Source: Longivirga aurantiaca
GTDB lineage: Bacteria > Actinomycetota > Actinomycetes > S36-B12 > CAIYMF01
Direction: 5' to 3'
DNA: 32,000 nucleotides
NCBI RefSeq assembly: GCF_042660085.1
Contig: NZ_JBHSTI010000008.1
Coordinates: forward strand, 300,001 to 332,000
Shown: in pieces, positions 25,285 to 32,000 of the stretch
Layout: every line of letters starts with the position of its first letter
How positions within the stretch are numbered: position 1 is the stretch's first letter
Program-made: the position numbers and the translations under genes
Notes under the pieces: generated by a model
The model's database searches: none
What the model saw: the letters and a program-made list of their open reading frames with translations, nothing else
What the model was told of the DNA's origin: nothing

Positions 25285-25695
25285 ATGACCGACCGGCACG
25301 TCGACGTCTGGCTCGAGGTCGACGAGCACGACGCCACCTCCCGCGCCGATCTCGAGCGCCAGGTGGCCCTCGTGCGCGCCGCGTGGGAGCTGTTCGACGA
25401 GGTGCAGGACGCCGCGCCGGAGGCGCTCGCCAAGGGCCCGCGGGGCGGGGGCCGCGACACCAGCGAGATCGCGCGGCACGTGGTGGAGGCCGAGCGTGCC
25501 TACGTCCGCAAGGTCGGCGTACGGCAGATGCCGTTCGACGTGCACGACCGTGCCCTCCGCGACGCCATGCGTGCCGACGTGCTGTCGGCGTACCTCCGCG
25601 ACGACCCCGACTCGGGCTGGCCGGTGCGGTACGCCATCCGTCGCGGCACCTGGCACGTGCTCGACCACCTGCGGGAGATCCAGGACAGGTCCTGA
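25285..25695 (+). CDS. DinB-superfamily-like protein
   Basis: MTDRHVDVWLEVDEHDATSRADLERQVALV...RHVVEAERAYVRKVG...VRYAIRRGTWHVLDHLREIQDR; the terminal xxxxHVLDHxxEIxDR pattern is typical of DinB-like proteins. Confidence 0.6.
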   Translation: MTDRHVDVWLEVDEHDATSRADLERQVALVRAAWELFDEVQDAAPEALAKGPRGGGRDTSEIARHVVEAERAYVRKVGVRQMPFDVHDRALRDAMRADVLSAYLRDDPDSGWPVRYAIRRGTWHVLDHLREIQDRS

Positions 25696-25701
25696 CGTGC
25701 A

Positions 25702-25732
25702 GCAGGGCCGCACCTCGTGGGTGCGGCCCTGC
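25702..25732. terminator. Bidirectional terminator-like hairpin
   Basis: GCAGGGCCGCACC (25702-25714) / GGTGCGGCCCTGC (25720-25732), 13-bp perfect stem, 5-nt loop, between convergent genes. Confidence 0.8.
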
Positions 25733-25761
25733 ATCGTGCGGACGAGCGTGCGGGAGGGGGG

Positions 25762-25989
25762 TCAGCCCGGCTCGTCGGTCGGGGCGAGGGGGAACTGCTC
25801 CTCCTCGCGCTGGTTGGCGCGGATCGCGGACGCGACGCCGGCGGCGCCGAGGGCCACGAGCACGACGGGCCAGACGAAGCGTCCGTCGACCGTCGCGTCG
25901 GTGATCCCGGTGATCAGGTAGACGAGGGCGAGACCGGTGAAGACGGCTCCCGCGATGAGCGAGACCCAGTCGAGGTCATGACGTCGCAC
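25762..25989 (-). CDS. Small two-TM membrane protein
   Basis: 75 aa; two hydrophobic segments (VSLIAGAVFTGLALVYLITGI, FVWPVVLVALGAAGVASAI), overlaps the upstream PspC-domain gene. Confidence 0.75.
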   Translation of the reverse strand: MRRHDLDWVSLIAGAVFTGLALVYLITGITDATVDGRFVWPVVLVALGAAGVASAIRANQREEEQFPLAPTDEPG

Positions 25990-27079
25990 GACGAACCTCC
26001 ATGCTTCCGAGGCCGATCTCGGTGGTGAGGTCGACGGTGGTGACGGTCGGCGTGGTGCCGATCGGGGTGACGGTGTGGGAGAACGACAGGCCCACGCCGG
26101 ACTGCGGGTCGGCGTCGGGGACGTCGTACTCGCCGGCTCCGATCGAGCCGTCGATCCGCACCTCGGTGTCCGCAGGCACGAGCACGATCAGCTCGCCCGC
26201 GCCCATCTGGACGCTGATGTCGGCGGGACCGCTCGGGAGCTGGCGCAGGTCGAGCGTCGCGCTGCCCGCTCCGAGGTCGAACGACTGCGTCGCCTCGGTC
26301 GGGATCCACACGCGCTCGCCCGCGCTGCCGGGCTCGTAGCTCGAGACGGCTGCTGCGCCCTGGGTGATGAGCAGCATGAGCAGCGCCGGGAAGATCAGCC
26401 AGCGCGCCCGTCCGCGCCACGCGCCGACCAGGAGGCCGGCTCCGAGGACGCCGAGCATGGCGGCGGCGACCACGACGCCGGGGATGCCGGCTCCGGCCGC
26501 GGCTGCGATGCCGAACATGCCGCCTACGACGATCGCCGCGCACAGGGCCACGAGCCCGAGGTAGCTGCGCGGCTCGGTCCGCGGCTGCGGCGCCACCGGG
26601 GTGGGCGGGCCGTAGACGGCACCGGTGCCGGGGTCGACGTACGTGCCGGTCCCGCCGGCCGCGAACGACGCGGGTGCCGCGGGTGCGGCGTACTGCGGGG
26701 CGTAGCCCGGGGCGTACGCCGGGGCGGCGTACACAGGGGTGTCGGGCATCAGGGCCCAGGCGATGATGTAGGCGATGATCAGTGCGCCGCCGGTGAAGAC
26801 GGTGCCGACCACCACGAGGATGCGGATGAGCACCGCGTCGATGCCGAGGTTCTCGGCGAGACCGCCGCAGACGCCGGTGAGGACGCGGTCGGTGCGGCTG
26901 CGCCGCAGGGCCGGCTTCGGCGGGCGGTACTGCGGCGGCGGCGCGTACGGCGGGGGAGAGCCGTACGACGATCCGGTGCCGCTGTCGGACTGCGTACCGG
27001 TGCCCGGGTTCTCCGTGGCTCCGGTGGCCGCGCCGGTGGGGTCGACCGGCTCGGCGATGGTGGGCTGGTTCTCTGTCAT
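25976..27079 (-). CDS. PspC-domain membrane protein with C-terminal LiaF-like beta domain
   Basis: From MTENQPTIAEPVDPTG...; RSRTDRVLTGVCGGLAENLGIDAVLIRILVVVGTVFTGGALIIAYIIAWALMPD (PspC), C-terminal IDGSIGAGEYDVPD... repeats. The longer ORF start (27703) is spurious. Confidence 0.88.
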   Translation of the reverse strand: MTENQPTIAEPVDPTGAATGATENPGTGTQSDSGTGSSYGSPPPYAPPPQYRPPKPALRRSRTDRVLTGVCGGLAENLGIDAVLIRILVVVGTVFTGGALIIAYIIAWALMPDTPVYAAPAYAPGYAPQYAAPAAPASFAAGGTGTYVDPGTGAVYGPPTPVAPQPRTEPRSYLGLVALCAAIVVGGMFGIAAAAGAGIPGVVVAAAMLGVLGAGLLVGAWRGRARWLIFPALLMLLITQGAAAVSSYEPGSAGERVWIPTEATQSFDLGAGSATLDLRQLPSGPADISVQMGAGELIVLVPADTEVRIDGSIGAGEYDVPDADPQSGVGLSFSHTVTPIGTTPTVTTVDLTTEIGLGSMEVRRATS

Positions 27080-27203
27080 GGCTCCACCGTCCACCCCGGC
27101 GCCGTGCCCGGGCATCGGGGACCACCCCTGACGCACCCCTGAACCCGCCCGGGGAGTTCCGGCGGGCGCTACCCCGATGTGCGCGAGGGTCGCGACGGGG
27201 ATC

Positions 27204-28604
27204 ATGGGTGCCGTGAGCATCCCTCCGCCCCCGCCGGCGCGCCCCGCGCCCGGCCCGCGCCCCCGCACTCGTGCGGTGCGCCTCCGCCGCGGACGCCTGC
27301 TCGGCGGGGTGTGCTCGGGGCTCGCCGAGCACGTCGGCTGGCAGGTCACCTGGGTGCGGGTCGCGTTCGTCGTGCTCGCGCTGTTCGGCGGGTTCGGCAT
27401 CGCGCTGTATGCCGCGTACTGGGCGTGGCTGCCGCTCGCCGCCGCCGACGGCTCGGTGGCGGACAGGGCCGAGAACGGGCGAGACCTCGCCGGAGTGCTC
27501 GGCCTGGCCGCCCTCGCGCTCGGCGTCGTGCTGTTCCTCGCCGCCCGCGGCGCCGACGTCACGACGTCGTGGATCGTGCCGCTCCTGCTGGGGGGTGCAG
27601 GTGTCGCGGTGCTCTGGCGCCAGTCCGACGACAGCCGGCGGTCCGAGCTCATCGCCGGAGTCAACGCGAGCGCCCGGGCCACCACGCGCACGGCGCTGCG
27701 CAACTCCTACCCGCGCATCGGCCTCGGCGTCGCGCTCGTCGTGCTGGGCGCGCTCGGCGTCGTCGCGTCGCAGGGCGACCTCGGGGCGTCGCTGCGCGGG
27801 CTGGCCGCGGCGATCCTCGCCCTCGTCGGCATCGGACTCGTGCTGCTGCCGTTCGGGCTCGGCTGGTGGCGCGACCTCGCGAGCGAGCGGCGTGCGCGGA
27901 TCCGCAGCGAGGAGCGGGCCGAGGTGGCCGCGCAGGTGCACGACTCCGTGCTGCAGACGCTGACGCTCATCCAGCGCGCCGCCCACGACCCCGACGAGGT
28001 CGTTCGGCTCGCGCGGACGGAGGAGCGGGCGCTGCGCCGCTGGCTCTACACGCCGACCGCGGACCCGACGTCCACCCTCGTCGGCGCGCTCGAGGCGGAG
28101 GTCGCGACGGTCGAGGGGATGTTCGCCTGCGCCGTCGAGGTCGTCCACGTCGGCGACGTGCCGCGCGACGACAGGGTCGACGCGCTGGTCGCCGCGACGC
28201 GCGAGGCCGTGGTGAACGCGGCGAAGCACGCGGGTGGCCAGGTGTCGGTGTACGTCGAGTGCGGGCGCGACGAGGTCGAGGTGTTCGTGCGCGACCGCGG
28301 CCCGGGCTTCGACCCCGACGCCGTGGCCGACGACCGGCTGGGCCTGCGCGAGTCGGTGGTCGGGCGCATGGCCCGGGCCGGCGGCACCGCCACGATCCGC
28401 TCGGCGCCGGGCGAGGGCGCGGAGGTCGCGCTGACGCTGCCGATGTCGCTCGGGGCCAAGCCGCTCCTGGTGGCGCCCGACGCGACCGCGCCATCGGCCG
28501 GCTGGCCGCCTCCCGCGCCGGCCTCGGCGCTCGCGCCGCCGCAGCCTGCTGCACCGACGTACCCCGCACCGCTCGAGCACGACCCCCGAAGGAGCACCCC
28601 GTGA
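27204..28604 (+). CDS. PspC-domain sensor histidine kinase (NarL/LiaS-like)
   Basis: RLRRGRLLGGVCSGLAEHVGWQVTWVRVAFVVLALFGGFGIALYAAYWAWLPL (PspC); EERAEVAAQVHDSVLQTLTLIQRAA (HisKA_3); VNAAKHAGGQVSVYVE...VRDRGPGFDPDAV (HATPase). Confidence 0.9.
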   Translation: MGAVSIPPPPPARPAPGPRPRTRAVRLRRGRLLGGVCSGLAEHVGWQVTWVRVAFVVLALFGGFGIALYAAYWAWLPLAAADGSVADRAENGRDLAGVLGLAALALGVVLFLAARGADVTTSWIVPLLLGGAGVAVLWRQSDDSRRSELIAGVNASARATTRTALRNSYPRIGLGVALVVLGALGVVASQGDLGASLRGLAAAILALVGIGLVLLPFGLGWWRDLASERRARIRSEERAEVAAQVHDSVLQTLTLIQRAAHDPDEVVRLARTEERALRRWLYTPTADPTSTLVGALEAEVATVEGMFACAVEVVHVGDVPRDDRVDALVAATREAVVNAAKHAGGQVSVYVECGRDEVEVFVRDRGPGFDPDAVADDRLGLRESVVGRMARAGGTATIRSAPGEGAEVALTLPMSLGAKPLLVAPDATAPSAGWPPPAPASALAPPQPAAPTYPAPLEHDPRRSTP

Positions 28605-29260
28605 ACGAGACCCCCGGCATCGGCCCCCTGCGCGTGGTGCTGGTCGACGACCACCAGATGTTCCGGTCGGGCGTGCGCGCCGAGCTCGGCGACCGCGTCG
28701 AGGTGGTGGGCGAGGCGGGCGACGCCGACGAGGCGATCGCGGTGATCATGCGCGTGCGGCCGGACGTCGTGCTCCTCGACGTCCACCTCCCCGGTGGTGG
28801 TGGGCGAGCGGTGCTCGACTCGTGCGTGACCGAGCTGCCCGCCGTGAAGTTCCTCGCGCTGTCGGTGTCGGACGCCGCCGACGACGTGATCGGCGTCGTA
28901 CGCGGCGGTGCCCGCGGCTACGTCACGAAGAACATCTCCGCGGACGACCTCGTCGACGCCATCCGGCGCGTGGCCGACGGCGACGCCGTCTTCTCGCCGC
29001 GGCTCGCCGGCTTCGTGCTCGACGCGTTCGCGTCGGGGGAGCAGGACCCGGCCGGGCACGAGGGCCTCGACCAGCTGAGCCCCCGCGAGCGCGAGGTGAT
29101 GCGGCTGATCGCCCGCGGCTACACCTACCGCGAGGTCGCCCGCGACCTGGTGCTGTCGGTGAAGACGGTCGAGACCCACGTGTCCGCCGTCCTGCGCAAG
29201 CTCCAGCTCTCGAACCGCCGCGAGCTCGCCACCTGGGCCGCCGCCCGCCACCTCGTCTGA
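28601..29260 (+). CDS. LuxR/NarL family response regulator
   Basis: GTG at 28601 overlapping the kinase stop; VVLVDDHQMFRSGV, VVLLDVHLPG, LSPREREVMRLIARGYTYREVARDLVLSVKTVETHVSAVLRKLQ. Confidence 0.95.
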   Translation: MNETPGIGPLRVVLVDDHQMFRSGVRAELGDRVEVVGEAGDADEAIAVIMRVRPDVVLLDVHLPGGGGRAVLDSCVTELPAVKFLALSVSDAADDVIGVVRGGARGYVTKNISADDLVDAIRRVADGDAVFSPRLAGFVLDAFASGEQDPAGHEGLDQLSPREREVMRLIARGYTYREVARDLVLSVKTVETHVSAVLRKLQLSNRRELATWAAARHLV

Positions 29261-29262
29261 CT

Positions 29263-29392
29263 CGTTCTGTATGAAGGCTGGGCCCCCGCTGGGCGACGAT
29301 GGGCGAAGCCCTCGCCCAGTAGGGGACTTCATCCAATAGAGCCGAACAACTCCTCCCATCACCTCGGCGTTGTGGATGAAGGTCGCCTTCAT
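29263..29392. repeat. Repeated/nested inverted-repeat region upstream of the mycothiol dehydrogenase gene
   Basis: Direct repeats CGTTCTGTATGAAGG (29263-29277) and CGTTGTGGATGAAGG (29368-29382), each followed by a complementary CTTCAT (29327-29332; 29387-29392), with a compound GC-rich hairpin between the first pair. Confidence 0.7.
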
Positions 29393-29513
29393 GTGAAACC
29401 CGCGGGGTTGCGGTGCGGGGCACGGGGGCGGCGGGTAGGTTCGCTCGGGCCAGGGGGCGTACGGCGCTCCACGCGCGTACGGCGTACCCACAGACGAGCA
29501 GCGGGAGCGGACG

Positions 29514-30605
29514 ATGGCGGTTCAGGTCCAGGGCGTGGTGGCGCGGAGCAAGGGTGCACCGGTCACCCTCGAGACCATCGTGGTGCCCGACCCCGGCCCG
29601 GGAGAGGCCCGCGTGAAGGTGCTGGCCTGCGGGGTCTGCCACACCGACCTGCACTACCGCGAGGGCGCAATCAACGACGAGTTCCCCTTCCTGCTCGGGC
29701 ACGAGGCGGCCGGCGTCGTCGAGTCGGTCGGCCCGGACGTCACCGACGTCGCGCCCGGCGACTACGTGATCCTCAACTGGCGCGCGGTCTGCGGGAACTG
29801 CCGGGCGTGCCTGCGCGGCCGTCCGCAGTACTGCTTCTCGACGTTCAACGCCACGCAGAAGATGACGCTCCTCGACGGCACCGAGCTCTCGCCCGCGCTC
29901 GGCATCGGCGCGTTCGCGGAGATGACCCTCGTCGCCGCCGGCCAGTGCACCAAGGTCGACCCCGCCGCGCCGCCGGAGGTCGCGGGCCTCCTCGGCTGCG
30001 GCGTGATGGCCGGGCTGGGTGCCGCCATCAACACCGGCAACGTCGGCCGCGGCGACACCGTCGCCGTCATCGGCTGCGGCGGCGTCGGCGACGCCGCGAT
30101 CGCAGGCTCCCTGCTCGCGGGCGCCCGCACGATCATCGCCGTCGACATCGACGACCGGAAGCTCGAGACCGCCAAGAAGTTCGGCGCCACCCACACGGTC
30201 AACTCGCGCACCGTGGACGCCGTCGAGGCGATCCGCGAGGCCACCGGCGGCTTCGGGGCCGACGTCGTCATCGAGGCGATCGGCCGCCCGGAGACGTACG
30301 AGCAGGCGTTCTACGCGCGCGACCTCGCCGGCACCGTCGTGCTCGTCGGCGTGCCCGACCCGTCGATGAGGATCGAGCTCCCGCTCATCGAGTTCTTCGG
30401 CCGCGGCGGCGCGCTCAAGTCGAGCTGGTACGGCGACTGCCTCCCCTCCCGCGACTTCCCCATGCTGATCGACCTCTACCTGCAGGGCCGTCTCCCGCTC
30501 GGCGACTTCGTGTCCGAGACGATCGGCATCGGCGACGTCGAGGCCGCGTTCGAGAAGATGCACCACGGCGACGTGCTGCGCTCCGTCGTGGTGATGGGGT
30601 CGTGA
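29514..30605 (+). CDS. S-(hydroxymethyl)mycothiol dehydrogenase-like zinc alcohol dehydrogenase (MDR family)
   Basis: 363 aa; [99 protein letters not shown]. Confidence 0.9.
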   Translation: MAVQVQGVVARSKGAPVTLETIVVPDPGPGEARVKVLACGVCHTDLHYREGAINDEFPFLLGHEAAGVVESVGPDVTDVAPGDYVILNWRAVCGNCRACLRGRPQYCFSTFNATQKMTLLDGTELSPALGIGAFAEMTLVAAGQCTKVDPAAPPEVAGLLGCGVMAGLGAAINTGNVGRGDTVAVIGCGGVGDAAIAGSLLAGARTIIAVDIDDRKLETAKKFGATHTVNSRTVDAVEAIREATGGFGADVVIEAIGRPETYEQAFYARDLAGTVVLVGVPDPSMRIELPLIEFFGRGGALKSSWYGDCLPSRDFPMLIDLYLQGRLPLGDFVSETIGIGDVEAAFEKMHHGDVLRSVVVMGS

Positions 30606-31228
30606 CCGCGAAGGTCGAGCGGCTCGTCACGAGCGGCGTCTTCAGCCTCGACGGCCAGGACTTCGACGTCGACAACAACGTCTGGCTGATCGGCGACGAG
30701 TCCGAGGTGGTCGTGATCGACGCCGCGCACGACTCCGGCGCGATCATCTCCGAGGTCGGCGGACGACGCGTCGTCGCGATCATCTGCACGCACGGCCACA
30801 ACGACCACATCACCGCGGCGGCCGACGTCGCAGCCGCCACCGGCGCCGAGATCAGGCTCCATCCGGACGACACGATGCTGTGGGACGTCGTCCACCCCGG
30901 GGTCGAGTTCACGCCGCTGGCGGACGGCGACGCGATCGAGGTCGCGGGCACGAGCCTGCAGGTGCTGCACACCCCGGGCCACTCGCCCGGCGGCGTCTGC
31001 CTCTACGCACCCGACCTCGGCGTCCTCGTGTCGGGAGACACCCTCTTCCACGGCGGCCCGGGCGCCACGGGCCGGTCGTTCAGCAGCTTCCCGACGATCC
31101 TCGGCTCCATCCGCGACCGGCTTCTCACGCTGCCCGCCGGCACCCGTGTCCTGACGGGCCACGGCGACGAGACGACGATCGGCGCCGAGGCGGACGACTA
31201 CGACGCGTGGGTCGCGCGCGGCCACTGA
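30602..31228 (+). CDS. MBL-fold metallo-hydrolase coupled to the mycothiol dehydrogenase
   Basis: GTG at 30602 overlapping the ADH stop; [72 protein letters not shown]. The 29372 start in the ORF track is spurious. Confidence 0.9.
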   Translation: MTAKVERLVTSGVFSLDGQDFDVDNNVWLIGDESEVVVIDAAHDSGAIISEVGGRRVVAIICTHGHNDHITAAADVAAATGAEIRLHPDDTMLWDVVHPGVEFTPLADGDAIEVAGTSLQVLHTPGHSPGGVCLYAPDLGVLVSGDTLFHGGPGATGRSFSSFPTILGSIRDRLLTLPAGTRVLTGHGDETTIGAEADDYDAWVARGH

Positions 31229-31248
31229 CGGCAACCCGGCACCGGGTA

Positions 31249-31276
31249 GGGCGCGTCCGCTGCATCGGGGACGCCC
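31249..31276 (+). terminator. Terminator-like GC hairpin downstream of the MBL gene
   Basis: GGGCG(C)GTCC (31249-31258) pairs with GGGACGCCC (31268-31276), one bulged base. Confidence 0.5.
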
Positions 31277-31337
31277 CCTCGCTCATCCCGACCCGAGGTG
31301 GGCGGGGACCGGTGCCGGACGGGGTAGCCTCCGAGAC

Positions 31338-31691
31338 GTGGAGATCCTGTTCAAGATCCTTGTCGTCCTGCACTTCGTCGGCCTCGCGAGCCTGCTCGGC
31401 GGCTTCCTCGTGCAGATGAGCACCAAGCCGCGCGGCATCAACAACGCGATGCTGCACGGCGTCCTGACCCAGGTGGTCACGGGCATCGCGATAGTGGGGA
31501 TCATCTCCGCAGACCTCCTTGAGGACGAGACGGTCGACAACAGCAAGATCGGCGTGAAGCTCCTGATCGCGCTCTTCGTGCTCGGCGCCGTCCTCCTCGG
31601 ACGTCGCAAGCCCGCCGACGAGCAGCAGCCCTACTGGGCCGCCGCGGGTGCGTTGACGCTGGTCAACGTCATCGTCGCCGTCTTCGTCTAG
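31338..31691 (+). CDS. Conserved integral membrane protein of unknown function
   Basis: 117 aa from GTG; 3-4 hydrophobic segments (ILFKILVVLHFVGLASLLGGFLVQM..., LTQVVTGIAIVGIISA, KLLIALFVLGAVLLG, AAAGALTLVNVIVAVFV). Confidence 0.8.
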   Translation: MEILFKILVVLHFVGLASLLGGFLVQMSTKPRGINNAMLHGVLTQVVTGIAIVGIISADLLEDETVDNSKIGVKLLIALFVLGAVLLGRRKPADEQQPYWAAAGALTLVNVIVAVFV

Positions 31692-31960
31692 GCGGTCCGA
31701 GCGCCCGGTTTGGGCGATCCCGGACCCCGGGCCTAGACTCATGGGGCTCCCCGGCGAGGGTGCGCCGGCCGCGAGGCCAGCGTGTCGTGATCGACGCGGA
31801 CCGCGCGGTTGCTGCGCGCCCGCATCTGTCACTGCCGAGGCGCCGACCGCCCCCGCCGCGAGGCGCGGCACCCCACGTTGCACGTGGCCTCCCCGGCCAC
31901 GAACCCCTGCGTGCTGCGCATCTCACGCGTGCAGCCCGCGAACGACAGATGGAGACACCA

Positions 31961-32000
31961 GTGACCCAGGTCAGCATCACGGCTGAGCCTCGTTCGGACT
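31961..32000 (+). CDS. 5' fragment of a CDS, possibly ribosomal protein L25/general stress protein Ctc
   Basis: GTG at 31961 with GGAG 6-7 nt upstream gives MTQVSITAEPRSD...; N-terminus resembles L25 proteins but only 13 residues are visible. Confidence 0.4.
   Translation, partial: MTQVSITAEPRSD

Noticed and set aside
29372-30601. Extended 618-aa ORF upstream of the MBL hydrolase
   Set aside because: It is an out-of-frame run through the mycothiol dehydrogenase gene. The real MBL start is GTG at 30602, overlapping the dehydrogenase stop.
1-32000. Search for CRISPR arrays, retrons, toxin-antitoxin pairs, restriction/defence genes, prophage genes, IS transposases, and tRNA or rRNA genes
   Set aside because: Nothing matching these was recognisable by eye in either strand. 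The interesting content is metabolic and regulatory, not a defence or mobile system.

Overview
The window is from a high-GC actinobacterial chromosome; taxonomy is inferred from codon usage, mycothiol-type genes and CebR-like regulation. It falls into two parts. Part 1 (about 1-20,300) looks like an accessory carbohydrate or polyol catabolic island. A minus-strand operon (1-4,748) encodes a HAD phosphatase, a D-2-hydroxyacid dehydrogenase, a cupin-type glucose-6-phosphate isomerase, a YhfS-like PLP enzyme and a class III aminotransferase. A divergent plus-strand operon (4,841-13,093) encodes a SIS-domain isomerase/deglycase, a ribose-type ABC ATPase and permease with no binding protein, an SDR, an OYE/trimethylamine-dehydrogenase-like flavo-Fe-S oxidoreductase, and EtfB/EtfA. 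A convergent minus-strand operon (13,173-17,299) encodes two Gfo/Idh/MocA dehydrogenases and two xylose-isomerase-like TIM barrel proteins. Two ROK regulators flank a small ABM-domain gene. Part 2 (about 20,900-32,000) looks like ordinary chromosome: a PAS plus tandem-GGDEF protein, a GH1 beta-glucosidase with a perfect CebR-type operator and a LacI regulator, a DinB-like protein, PspC-domain proteins with a two-component system, S-(hydroxymethyl)mycothiol dehydrogenase plus an MBL hydrolase, and a conserved membrane protein. The most unusual observations are: (i) the putative sugar pathway coupled to a dedicated ETF through an OYE/TMADH-like enzyme; (ii) a nested or mutually exclusive set of ATGAAG/CTTCAT hairpins upstream of the mycothiol dehydrogenase; (iii) a very strong hairpin in the beta-glucosidase leader; (iv) two ROK proteins with complementary active-site lesions; and (v) tandem GGDEF domains with only one I-site. 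No tRNA, rRNA, CRISPR array, transposase or integrase was recognised. No bona fide defence system was recognised. All family calls come from reading motifs, not from database searches.
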